A stretch of 64,000 nt of DNA from the human T2T-CHM13v2.0 reference genome, Homo sapiens, in assembly GCF_009914755.1 (NCBI RefSeq), contig NC_060926.1. The stretch is one strand, 5' to 3'. The position numbers and the translations under genes are program-made. Positions 1 through 12,337 of this stretch are shown in pieces. A model generated the notes under the pieces. It did no database searches. It was not told the origin of the DNA and was given only the letters and a program-made list of their open reading frames with translations. Each line of letters begins with the position of its first letter. The stretch's first letter is position 1.

Positions 1-2315
1 GCTCCTTCTGTTGCTATGGTGACCACTTGTTAACTTATCCTTCCTGTTAAATGAAGCTTTAATTAGCATTAAGTTCTACTCTTTCTGCTGACCATGAGAC
101 TTCGATCTGGGGATTTTACAGTCAGCCATTGCTCTGCTTAACGTAGCATGTCTTCCCCTCCTGAGTATTTTTTCCAGTGTATACAGTTACTTATTGTGCT
201 GTGTCGGTGGCTGGCCTTCACAGAGATATGCCTAAGAGAACACAGCATGATATAGTATTTACTTTTGTATGTTGGTAAATAACACCAGTAACATGAAGAA
301 TACGTTTTCACTGTAAAAGAAACACAATTTGTATTTACATTGAGTACATCAGGACTCTCCCACCCATGGTCCCTGCGCCGGTCTCAACGCTGTTCCTGAG
401 CAGCAGAGGCAGATGCAGTTCCCCTGCGTCTTCTCCGTCTCTCTCTTCCGCTCCTGTCTTGCCATGTCCCCGACCCCAACCACGAGCACTACGTCCTGAA
501 TCTTTTATATCTAGTTTAACAGAACAAAACTCATCTATTTTGCCCAAGCATTTCTTCTGCACATTCTAACTTATCCAGAGATCAGTATTTCTCCTTGTGA
601 CTCAGAATTTGATTGGAAATCCATGTTGAATGAGATTGACCGTTTAATTCAAGAACACGCCTCTGATGTACACGATTTTTCTCCTCTAGAGGCTAACATG
701 TCTCCTTAAACAGTTTCATAAAAATATCAAAATAATAAAATGAAAAGGGCATTAATTATCTCACTAATAATGGAGGTGGTGTAATTCTGTGGGTTTTACA
801 CAGTGAATGGATTCCCTTGGAAAGGTGATGATGTCAGAGGCTTGGGGCTGAGGCACTGCTTACTTCCCAATTTCATTAAGCATTTTGTTCTCATCAGAAA
901 TACTACCCACCTCGTAAAGGTGATGAGAGAATGGCAAGTTTTCCTTAAAGTGGATTAGAAATAGTCAATGTTAGTCTTAAGAATTGATCTGCTGTTACCT
1001 GTCAACACCGTCCACATCAGATCAAACATTAGAGCCCCAGGCCTGCGATTTAAAACCTCCACCTGAACAGGGAGTTAGATGACTCTACTTAACATCTACA
1101 TATTTTAAATTAAATAATCATGACCCCCATCCTCCAGAGTGACTTGCTTTCCTGAGTTCCCAGGACTCTGTGCCTGGACGCGTTTGTTCGGCCTCTCCAC
1201 TTACATTTATGTATTGTAATAGAAGTCTCATGGCTGTTAATGACCTGGATGTATTATAACCATAAAAGAAAGTATGCTTCCCAAAAGAGATTGTAAAAGT
1301 TATTTACATTTGTATCAAAGTTCTACCCACCCAAAGTGTTCTGCTGCCTTCAGCTCCACTGAGAGGGGGCCTGTGGTGCTGACGAACACCTTTAGCTGTG
1401 GTTTGGCAGCAAAGAGTCACAGTGATTTGTTGGCCTGATTTTTCTGCTATGCTGACATGCATGCAGCACTTGGCCAGTTGCTTTCTGTTGCCTGACATGT
1501 TTCCGACTATGAATACATATGAAATATTGGATAACTACATCCTTTTTGGGAAACCAGTGACTACAACCATCTTGAATGTATTTCAATCATATTAAGTGGT
1601 CTATGATTTCCATAAAGTAAAGAAGATTTCACTGGAGTTGAATTTCTAAGTTTACTGTACACTGTGGTGCTGGACTGTTGTTACAGAGGCTGTTAACTAT
1701 TGTTGACTTCTCTCCCAGCTCTCAGGCTTTCCCCATGCAGCGGGTAGGCTTATGACCTCCCCCACCCAGGATAGCCCCCAAGGAGGGGCCGTGAGCAGAG
1801 ACCCACCTTGTGGGAAGGGACAGGAGAAGTGTCCAGTTCCTTGACAGCAGAGAAGGGGCTGCCTCACAGCTGCCACGCGTCCCTGGGCCCTCAGGGAAGC
1901 CATTGCGTTCTTGATGCAAAGTTTAGAGGCTGACTCTGGCTTTCTTGGAGATGTTCCTGACAACTTTTACCTTTAGTTGAGTTTCATTTCTAAGTAGAGT
2001 CTATTTTCTTGTTTGTAAATAGGCACAAAGAATGTTAGTTCCTTTATGTTAAGAAGGCAACATATGTTTATAGCATGCCTTCTATATAGAACACCCTAGC
2101 ATATTTTGCAAAATGTGCTGTCAACTCCTAGCATCAGAAAAAACTGGGAGCTCTTACAATGCGGATTTCTAGGCTTGCTTGGGACAGTTGCATCAAACTG
2201 CCAAAGGCCCAGAGCCCTTTATGTTTTAAACAAGCATGCTGCGTATGTCCTATGCAAACTAAAAATGATACCAGAGAGAGTAAGACATTGTTCCTATAGC
2301 AGTGGGATCCTATTC

Positions 2316-2325
2316 AGTAGGGAAG

Positions 2326-2361
<36 letters not shown>

Positions 2362-2391
2362 TGAGAGAGAATGAAAGAATAAGTAGGGAAG

Positions 2392-2427
<36 letters not shown>

Positions 2428-2563
2428 TGAGAGAGAATGAAAGAATAAGTAGGGAAGGGGTGTGTGTGCGTGTGTGTGTCCTGAGAGAGAATGAAAGAAT
2501 AAGTAGGGAAGTGGTGTGTGTGTGTGTGTGTCCTGAGAGAGAATGAAAGAATAAGTAGGGAAG

Positions 2564-2598
<35 letters not shown>

Positions 2599-2619
2599 GA
2601 GAGAGAATGAAAGAATAAG
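2316..2619. repeat. Compound minisatellite, 5 units of 52-66 bp each containing a (TG)n tract
   Basis: Unit AGTAGGGAAGGGG-(TG)n-TCCTGAGAGAGAATGAAAGAATA starts at 2316, 2382, 2448, 2502 and 2554. Confidence 0.95.
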
Positions 2620-3039
2620 AGGAGAGAGAATTGTTCACAGCAGTGTTAAAACATACTTAGAAAAACAAATGAGGTGGTTAAGTGGCTTTGGTTTAAGATG
2701 GCCAGGTGAACACACATACTTACCTTTTTTCTCGCTGATAGTTGGAAAATACATTTAGAAGAAATCTCCAAAACACAGAGAATGTGATATTTTCTCACAT
2801 GCCTGGGAGATGGTGGGGTGGGGTGGCTGGGCCATGCGGGTCCCCTGGTCTCAGAGAGACTTCAGCTTGTCCATGGCAGAACCAGGAGGGTGGGAGGGGG
2901 CAGGAGTGAGAAGCAGGCTCAGAACGTGACCTGAGCAAGGTCTGTGGACAAACGCATTCGCTGTCCCCACCCCTACCCCCACCCCCGGGGCTGCAGCAAA
3001 GCCCTGACTACTGGGCAGGAATGCCTGGGGCTTTCCCGC

Positions 3040-4061
3040 AGGGAAAGCGGTGAAGCGGGCAGGGCGAGCTGGAGCACCTGTGTGGCATCATCAGCTCCAG
3101 CCTGAAGTTGGTCTTGTGGTGGTGTTTTCGTTGCTGCCTTCATCTGATAGCCCTGAAGAAAGTGGCGGCCTCTGGGAGGCGAACGGGGAGGCCTCAGTGG
3201 CCAGGGGCTCGGCTTTGTGACCCATGCAGGAGATAGAACTTAGGCTCAGAACAGGAATAGGCATTGTCCTATCGAGACGATTCTATCAGAGTAGATGGAA
3301 AAGCTGCAAAGTGGGTGACACAGACTCAAAATTTGGAGCGGATGAGGGGCAGGAGCAGCTCACTGATTGGGCCCCGACTTTCCCAGGTGTCTACACTGCT
3401 AGAGCTACGCTCACAGCTGCGGACGTGCACGCGCTGCCAGCAACTGCACCGAGCACTCAGCGCACACCTGCTCCCACGCGCCACGCACTCGTGCAGGTGC
3501 CGGGAGCTCCGTCGTCAGCAGCCAGAGGAAAGCCCTGTTCTCGTGGAACCTCCATCCTAGCGAGGACAGAATGAGGACGCACAAATCAAATCGAGTCCAC
3601 AGCGTGTCAGGTGACAACATGCTGAGGAGAAACGCAGAGCCAGACGAGGGGCAGGCAGAAGGGCGGGCGTTTGTGACCCAAGGCCGGGCGCGGGCCCCGC
3701 CGCAGGGCTGTGAGGCCGCCGTGGGACTGGTTCCACCGACACTGGAGGCCAGGCGTGGGCCCTCCGTAAAGTCCCCCGTGTGGGATTACGGGACAGGCGG
3801 CGGAACCCCAGTTTAACCCTGGGTGTGTTTGGGCACGCAGCCATGCCGACTAGAAGGACCTGAGATGGATTCGGTTCGCGGGGAACGGAGGTGCCCTAGC
3901 TCCCGTTCACGACCGCATCTTAAAAAGCAAAGTGAGCCAGTTTTTCGCAAAGATGATTTCACTGGATTTCCGCGTTTAGCGTCACGATATGGGGGCCTCC
4001 GAGCGCCTCTCTGGGCTTCCACACAATGGGCCACATCACGTTTCTGACCGGAGAAACACAG
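3040..4061. promoter_or_regulatory. CpG island / candidate promoter
   Basis: Dense CpG and high GC in non-repeat sequence (core ~3400-4050). GC-box-like GGGCGG at 3661. Possible donor CAG|GTATCT at 4061/4062. Confidence 0.6.
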
Positions 4062-4788
4062 GTATCTGTGCTTGTAAACATCTGGAATTTAATTCGGTGG
4101 AAAAAATAACTTGTGGGGAGGGTGATACACATCTAGGTCTGTGTTCAGCTTGGGGGCTTGCCAGCCAGTGGCTTTTTTATCGTCTTTAATCCTGGGAGAG
4201 TTGTTACTGAAAGAGGTAGCATTTAGTGCAGCTCACAAATGCGTAACAATCCCCCACTTCAGTGAATCCAAAGAAAACACAGAGATTACAAAGCACCGTT
4301 TGAGGCCGGGATCAGGAGGCAACCAAGACAAATAGGTTTCTGTCCATTTGGACAGGAGCTTTGGGGGCTCGCCTGTACTTCCTCTCTCACTGGCTTTAGG
4401 TGACTAAACCTTGGGGCTATTCTGTCACTGCTGTGTAGAGCTGGCATCGAGGTCGAACCTGTTTCTTCTTCGAAATCTCTTGAAACAACTGCTGCTGACT
4501 GGGAAGGTACGGAGAGGCTTGGCTGCAGTGAGTGAAAGGCTGTCTCTCTTGACGGTGTGGCTCTGTTCCCCAAGTTGAAAACATTGAGGCGTCTGTCTGC
4601 AGCCCAGACACCTGCTGGGGGTCCCTCACCACCGTGGCCAGACCCTCCTGTCTTCTGGTCCCCTGTCCTGGAGGCATCTCACTGCCACCAGGAAGCTTCT
4701 CTGGGTGTGGGGGGGCAGTGGCCCCTGGACAGCTGACTTGTCAGGCTTAGAGGTTGCTTTGGTTTTGGCTTTTAGTGTATTTGTTCTT

Positions 4789-5151
4789 GGATATGGTTTG
4801 GCTCTGTGTCCCCACTCAAATCTCATCTTGTAGCTCCCATAATCCTCACGTGTGTGGAAGGACCTGGTGGGAGATGATTGAATCACAGGGGTGGGTCTCT
4901 CCCATGCTGTTCTCGTGGTAGTGAATGGGTCTCACGAGATCTGATGGCTTTAAAAACGGGAGTTTCCATGCACAGCTCTCTCTTTGCCTGCTGCCATCCA
5001 CGTATGACGTGATTTGCTCCTCCTGGCCTTCTGCCATGTTTGGAGGCCTCCCCAGCCACGTGGAACTGTGAGTCCAATTAAACCTCTTTCTTTTGTAAAT
5101 TGTCCAGTCTTGGGTATGTCTTTATCAGCAGCATGAAAACAGACTAATACA
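4789..5151 (+). mobile_element. THE1 (ERVL-MaLR) solo LTR, THE1B-like
   Basis: Begins (G)GATATGGTTTGGCTCTGTGTCCCCAC, contains CACGAGATCTGATGG and ATTAAACCTCTTT, ends AAAACAGACTAATACA. Confidence 0.93.
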
Positions 5152-6494
5152 GTTTCTACATGCATTTATTTAACACTTAACTAATTTTCTCACTTGGTCT
5201 TCATGAAACAGGTGTCTTTGAATTGAGGAGAGGAGAAAGAAGAGGAATGATTTTTTAAAAACCATAAAACAGAGGTTACCCAGTGCCTTCAAGACTAAAC
5301 TTTATTATAGTTTCCACAGCAAGTAGCTGGAGAAAGTGCAACCAAGGCTGCAAAGTGGACAGCCGTGCAGTGCGCAGGGTGCGGGAAGGCAGAGGGGTGG
5401 CCCCGTGGCCCCTCAGCCCAGGAGTCTCGAGCCAGTGGCTCTTGGGGCTGTGGGTTGAAAACAGGCCAGCAGCTTCTAGCACGTCCCTCGCGGTGTTCTT
5501 CACCTTCTCCCAAGAATGCATCCCTCGCGATGCTCTCTCGTGTTCTCTTGAGGATACGCGGCTTTTGGCCATGGCAGCAGGTCAGTGCCCACAGGCTAGG
5601 ATGCCAGCAAGCACCTGGGGGGCTGTGGGGTCAGCAAAGCTGTGTGGTGAGACTGGAATGCACCTACTGTGTTTCTCATAGACTGCTCTGTTTAGCTGAA
5701 TGTTTGAAACATGGCAGATACTCAATAAATACTTTTAATGGTTAAATCAATTCATTTACTTCATTTGACCAAGAGTGGAAATTTTAAACAGGACATTGGG
5801 GAAAATTTTCCATCAGAAAGGTTTTTAATTATCTTTAAATCAAAATGGTTTACTTAGGTGATATTGAAGGCCCTGTCTTAACACAAAAAGCTATTTAAAC
5901 AGTGTTACAATGGTTATTGCAGAAAGACTGTTCAGAAGAGCCTCATTAATAAAAATAGCAGTTAATATTCCGAGAGGAAGATTCTCTTATTAGGACAACC
6001 AGCAAGCACTCACCAAAAGACAGGGTAGGCCCAGAGTGTGTCTATTTGTTATGGGGACCCAGACAGTGTTTCCTGTATGAAAACTGAATAGCGCTTGTAA
6101 CTTAGGGCATATGCTTTGCATATTATGGAATAGAGTTCAGATGGGATTTTTGTCTCATTGCTGAATAGATGGTTATGGGGCGGAAATAGGGGGTGCATGA
6201 GGGTCACCGCCCACCTTGGTCTGAGAGCATCCTCGGAAACTTGAATGTAGGTGGCCTGAGGGAGGCCTGGATGGTCCTGAGCTGCCCGGCATGGGCCAGT
6301 GTGGCTGAAACAAGTGATAAGAAATTTAATTTAACTCCCTGAATAGTGGAAAATGGACGAGTTTTGTCGAGCTGAGTCAGGGAGGAGTGTTGTAGGAGGC
6401 GGCGCTTGAGCGGCGAGAGAGATGCAGACTCGTTTCCTGAGCGCGGTGGAGCCGGGTCTTGACCCAGCGGCTCTGCACAGCTCGCCTCATTCAA

Positions 6495-6575
6495 GGCAGG
6501 TTTTGGTCCCAGCTGTTCCACTAATTAGCACATGACCCCGGCAGGCAGCATGACCTCCTTGACCTCTGTCCTGTA
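6495..6575 (+). mobile_element. MIR core fragment
   Basis: GGTCCCAGCTGTTCCACTAATTAGCACATGACCCCGGCAGG resembles the MIR core. Confidence 0.4.
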
Positions 6576-7675
6576 GGACCCCTGCAGGCTCCGTGCAAAT
6601 TCAGTTAGAATGACTCACCATTCTCCCAAGTAAATGGTATTTTTCACTTTTTGGCAAAACCGTTTTCTCTTGTACAGTCAGAGCTGTCAGCCCACACAAA
6701 AGAGGAGAGTCTGAGGCTTTAGTTTGATGAACACATTTATATGATGGGACGAACATCAGAGCCCGCAGCTCTCGGCCCTGCTGGTGGCAGAGGCTTTGTA
6801 CTGTGTGACAATGACCTGGATATGGAAGCAGAAGGGAGCTTCTAAGGACCGGAAGCTGAGAGTCTGTCTCCTGTCCCGGCCCGGACACTGGGGTTCAGGT
6901 AAGAGGGTGGAAGGACATTGGCCAGGTCAGGGCTGCCGCGATGGTGCTGTGATGGTTACGGCTGCATCAGGGTCTGGCAGGAGCTGGGCTTCGCCTGGAG
7001 GCTCCCAGCTTCTCACAGCCCCTTGCACCAGCTTTCAACAGGGGGATTGCAGGAGAAACACTTGATGAGTCAGAGACGGGATGTGGTGTCAGGGTGACAC
7101 ACACACTTTCTCAGTTTCAGGAGAACTTGTCTGTCATTTTGGCAAAAAGTTTTTCTGTGTTTCTAAAGAGACTGGTTCTTTCTTGTTATCCCCGAGGATC
7201 CAGTTCCTGTTGCCCTGCAGCTAATCAGCTTCACCAGACATGGACCTCCAAGCTTAGGGATGCATGAATCTGAAATCCAAGCCATGGTTGTAATAGTGAT
7301 AATATGAGGAAAAACTAAGAAACCAGATTTTCACATTGCTTTCGGAATGGAGCAACAAGCAGATGCTTGTACAATCTGGTGTCAGCCAAAAAAGAGCCTG
7401 TTTCAATAAGCAGAAATAATAAAATACTGAATTATCCCTCTTTTTGAAAAAGAACTAACCAGTTACAGTGCAATATCAGAACACGTTTATTCACTTGCTC
7501 TCAATAAACGCGAGTGTGAATGTGAGTGAAGGCGGTGAGCTTCGCTGCTGAGCCCACGTGGCTGAGTGGCGAGGGAGGCCGGCAAAGATGTGCCCTCGTG
7601 TGTCCACATTTTAGGAACACAGGAGACAGGCCTCGCTGCCCACGTTCCCCTGCTAGTAGAAGACATCTGCTGGGC

Positions 7676-8310
7676 ATGTGTGTGTGTGTGTGTGGTTGTG
7701 TGTGTGCGGGTGTGTGTGCACGGGTGTGCATGTGTGCGGGTGTGTGTGCGGGCACGTGTGCAGGCGTGCGTGCAGGCGTGTGTGCAGGCGTGTGTGCATG
7801 GGTGTGTGTGCGTGTCGTGTGTGGCCCTGTGTGTGCGGGCGTGTGTGTGGGCGTGTGTGGGCACGTGAGTGTGGGCATGTGAGTGGGCGTGTGAGTGTGT
7901 CTGTGCGCACAGGCGTGTGTGCGGCTGTGTGCGTGGGCACGTGTGTGGGCGTGTATGTGGGCGTGTGTGTGGGCATGTGTGTGGGCGTATGTGTGTGTGG
8001 GCGTGTGTGGGCGTGTGTGTGTCGTGTGTGCACAGGCATGTGTGCGGCCGTGTGTGTGTGGACACGTGTGTGTGGGTGTGTGCGGAAACGTGTGGGGGCA
8101 CGTGTGTGTGGGCACGTGTGTGCCTGGGCACGTGTATGCGGGTGTGTGTGTGTGGGCGTGTGTGCGGATGTGTGTGTGGGTGTGTGTGGGTGTGTGCGTG
8201 GGTGTGTGCAGGCGTGTGTGCAGGCACGTGTGTGCGGGTGTGTGGGGGTGTGTGCGCGGGTGTGTGCAGGCGTGTGTGCGGGCACGTGTGTGTGTGGGCG
8301 TGTGTGCAGG
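7676..8310. repeat. Long degenerate (TG)n / GC-interrupted simple repeat
   Basis: About 630 bp of TGTGTG mixed with GCGG, GGGC, CAGGCG and CACG. It produces the His/Thr- and Cys/Val-rich ORFs in the ORF track. Confidence 0.95.
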
Positions 8311-8773
8311 CAGAAAGCACCAAGATGTAAACAGCTGGCGCTCACTTGTGCACCACCAAAGCTAGAATGTTTCATCTCCCCTGGTGGCTTAGTAAGTGAC
8401 AGAACAGCACCAAGATGTAAACAGCCGGTGCTATGCTTGCAGGGAGGCTGGAGGGGTACAGCCACTCCCCACACCTGCCACAGGGTTGCTTGATTTGAGC
8501 CGGCACATCCGGGGCCCACACCCCCTTCACCTTGGACCTCACGTGCAGTCAACGCAGCATGTGCTCATTAGGAAACGGAGATTAGAATGCGGGTTCCATT
8601 TTAGATTGGACTTGACACTTCAAACATCCTGAAGAAGTTGTTGTCTAAGGGTGCTGTGCGGTGGGACTGAGCTTTTAATTAAAGGCAGGTGGGGTCACCG
8701 CCTCCTTCATGTTCAAAGTTCTCAGCTACACAGTGGAGGAGGAGAGCTCAGGGAAGGAAAACTTTTAGTGTAG

Positions 8774-8858
8774 TTTTTTTTTTTTTTTTTTTTTTTTGAG
8801 ACAGGGTCTCACTCTCTCGCCTAGGCTAGAGTGCAGTGGTGTGGTCACAGCTCACTGC
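8774..8858 (-). mobile_element. Alu 3' fragment (AluJ-like)
   Basis: T24 followed by GAGACAGGGTCTCACTCT...GAGTGCAGTGG...CTCACTGC. Confidence 0.85.
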
Positions 8859-10015
8859 TAAGTTTTTAAGAGGTAAATTTCCGGTGGGAACTCCTGATCC
8901 ATGCTGGTTACGGCAGGACCTAGAGCCTGGGATGCTCTTCCTGGGTTTAGGATTCAGCGAGCAAGGCCTGGTCTGGAGGAAAAGCGCCAGGCAGTGCCGT
9001 GGTGACTCCAGGGAGGGGCTGGCCACGTAGAGGTGTGCTGAGAAACTGTCTACCGCACCGCTTTGTACCTTTCATTCCATCCATGGATATATTTTAAAAG
9101 TTTGATTGTTATTTTTTTTTTATAAAAGAAAGAAAAAAGAATTAGCAAGCCTTTAGTAATAGGAATCCCAACTCTTTTCTATAAACTTGGGCCACTCTTT
9201 CTCTTCCCCCATTTATCATCACGTAAAATAAAGAAACAAAAGCAGAAAACATTTTTTCCCTAGGCTTCTACATCTCTGCTCCAACTTGGTTTGCCTGGTG
9301 GGCCTGGGGCACTGCGTCTGTATTCCTGGATGAGCAGGTGCCTCCTGACTTCACAGAGTGATGCCAGCTGCCATGGGCTGCTCCCCACACCCTCTCTTCA
9401 TCTCTGAGCGCTTTTCACAGGGAGGTTTCATGCTTTCACCCCAGTCAATGGGGCTCATGCTTTCGCCCCAGTCAAACCTAGCCTGCTGGTCCTGGGTGCA
9501 ATGTGACATCTGAATTGTACCTGCCTGGTTGTAGGTACCAACTAATGGATGCTGATCTTGACCACATCCTTCTCGGAAGTGGCTCTGGAGAGGCTGCTGT
9601 GGAAATTGTCATCAGGTGATGTGAGGTTAGTCACAATGGGCGATCAAAACTGTTGCTGGCTTAGACCCATATTCATCTCTTAAGCCTGTCAATTCAGAAG
9701 CTCTGCACATTGCTGAGAAAGGCAAAGGCCACAGCAAGAGAGAAAAAGACTGGGGAGAGAAAACCTCTAGACATTCAGGTCTTCCTGACAGCCAGTGCGA
9801 GGTAGCCCATGTGGAGATGCTCTGTCCTGCAGCACAGATGTCAGCTTCCGCTCCATCTGCAGTGACGGGGACCATGTCTGCAGCTGGAGCCATGGACCAG
9901 GCTAAATGGGATAGATTTCCACTCAGCCCCGAGCCCTCAACAGACAAGGATCCCATCTCACTTCTCATTTTTCTGGTGACCAGCACAGCCCGAGACACAC
10001 AGATATATTATCTGC

Positions 10016-10183
10016 GGGTGTGGATAATGAACCCCAGTTACACAGCATTGAAAGCCCAGGGTCGTGCTCACTCGTGGATGCTGGATAATGAATCTCAGTG
10101 AAATGACCCTGAAAGCCCAGGGTCCCGCTCACCCGTGGGTGCTGGATAATGAACCCCAGTGACATGGACCCAAAAGCCCAGAG
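10016..10183. repeat. Diverged ~61-bp tandem repeat, ~2.7 copies
   Basis: TGGATAATGAA...AAAGCCCAG recurs three times. Confidence 0.85.
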
Positions 10184-10902
10184 CTCTATCGGAGTCACAG
10201 AGTCCCTGCAACTGGGAAATCACCCAGCGCTGACGTTTTAGGCAAGAGTTGAGACAATTCATGAGGTTCCATGGCCTACGTAATAATACTTTTGGTAGAA
10301 CATTTTAACCTATATTTATAGACAATCTGATAGCCATGCCACAAAAGAAATTTAAAAGTATATTAAGCATCTAAAATAATATTAATGTGTAGACATTAAA
10401 ACACACTTACTTTGGATTTGAAAAGATAAGGTAAAATAAGTTGCATAAAAGTCTCATTCAGGCGATACATACCAATACTTACACCATTTGCTTTCAGGGA
10501 AGTGTGCTCTGCCCCCTGTGTGGATGCCTGTGTCCTGTGTGTGGCTGGAGTAGGACTTGGCTTGTGGGTGATCACAGAGACGGAGACTGAGAAGCAGATC
10601 GATCCTAGCTTTGCTACTGACAAAAAGCATGGGTAAATCACTGTTCTCTACAGTTCTTGAATCCCACAGGTGAAAGATGGAAATGTGTATACAGGTTCCA
10701 CCCACTCCACCTATGGCAAATCATGCAAAAAGGTCAACTGTGATGTATAAGGTCATTTTTTACCATACTCATCTGCGATGTCTGGCCAGGCATAAAGAGA
10801 GGCTTTTTTGTCCCCAGATAGAAGGAAGCCATGGATGGCAGAGGATGCGCTCAGGGGGACAGAAGGATGTGAGTGGGGCAGGTGGGGAGGAGCAGGAGGG
10901 AT

Positions 10903-11095
10903 GTGGCTTTGGAGTCAGAATCCCAGAGTTGTATTCAGACTATGTGACCCTAGGCAAGTTTTACATTTCAGCTTCCTTGTCTGCAAAACAGGAACAAGAG
11001 TCCCTATCATGTAGGGTAATTGTGTACATGAAGTTAGCTCATAAATGAAAAATGTTTAACCTGGTGTCTGACCTAAAGGAACAATTGGTAGTAAT
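10903..11095 (+). mobile_element. MIR SINE fragment
   Basis: GGCTTTGGAGTCAGA...TATGTGACCCTAGGCAAGTT...TCAGCTTCCTTGTCTGCAAAACAGG matches the MIR core. Confidence 0.7.
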
Positions 11096-12337
11096 TTATC
11101 CTCTTTTCCAATGCAGCAGGTAGTGTGGTGTTTCTCTTTCAGGCTAGTAGCCGTGCCATAAAATAAATTTAAAAGTATATTAAGCATCTAAAGTAATATT
11201 AATGTTTAGACATTAAAACACATTTACTTTGGATCTAAAAAGATTAGTATAAAACCTGTCTCAGTCATCACGCCCACCTTCACTTGCTGCACCTCCAGGA
11301 AGCAGCCGGGTGGCAAGAGAGGCGAGAGGAGCCATGTGACAAGGAGGGTGCGTGGGAAAGTGGGCCCATCCTGAGGATTGGCCATTATAAATACCGCTGT
11401 AAGACACAGGGCAGGCTCACCAGGACTGCCCTGCTCCAGGGAGCTCTTGGTCGAGAGCATGCAGAAGGAAGGGCGTTGCGCATGTGATACTTTGATTTTG
11501 AGATCACATGAAGCAAACAGATAGGGAAAACGTGTTGCTACTTTGGGAAACTGGTGAGAAGGATGAGAATCTCAAGATGGAGTGGCAAACCTACTTTAAA
11601 GGGGTGATCAGCTATGGGAAGACTGTCTTCCTGCTGCAGGACCCTGCGGACCCTGCTGACACGCTCATGTTCCCTTCCCTTTTCTAAGCTACACCGGGCA
11701 GTGTAAACTCGCCACCCACACCTGGCCTGTCACCACTCATGTCACCGGCCTCCCAGGAACACTCCACTCAGCAGTCAGTTCTTTGAAGTCTCTAGATGCT
11801 TCAAGGCCAGACACTTGAGGGCCTTTTTGTTTGTTTGTCCCTTATAGCACTAGGTTTCTTCAGAAGTCGATTCCCACGAATTTCAACTAGAATTCTCAGG
11901 TTCTCTTCAACAAACTGTCCTTGGTGCTTTACAGAAAGAACCTGTGAGTCAGCTTCCCAGATGAGCATCTCAGTGACAATGATGGTGTCTCATGGCTCCT
12001 TCAGTTACGAACGGCACTGAGCTGTTCTGGACAGAGAGGGGTCGGCTCCTCCCAGGCAGCCTTCTGAGCCCTGAGGCAGGCTGGACACAACAGGCATTGA
12101 GAACAGAAACCTTTAGCGCTACAAGGAAACCTTAGAGACCTCTATTCTTTTTTGGAGTCTTCTTTTTTTTGTAGTTGTTGTTTTTGAGCAGGGTGTGGCA
12201 GGCAGACAGAGGCTCCGACGTGATCTCCTGCTCTGGTGCGGTGCTCATACCAATGCAGTGTGCTGTTTCTTTCTTTCTTTTTTTCACTTTTTAAAAATGT
12301 ATTTATTTATTTGTGTGTATGTGTGTGCTCAGATTCT

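Noticed and set aside
2106-2758. Repetitive ORFs (CVCVCV...RENERISRE)
   Set aside because: Translation of the compound minisatellite.
7487-8552. Long His/Thr/Pro-rich and Cys/Val-rich ORFs (up to 299 aa) on both strands
   Set aside because: Artefacts of the stop-free degenerate TG/CA repeat. No splice or domain evidence.
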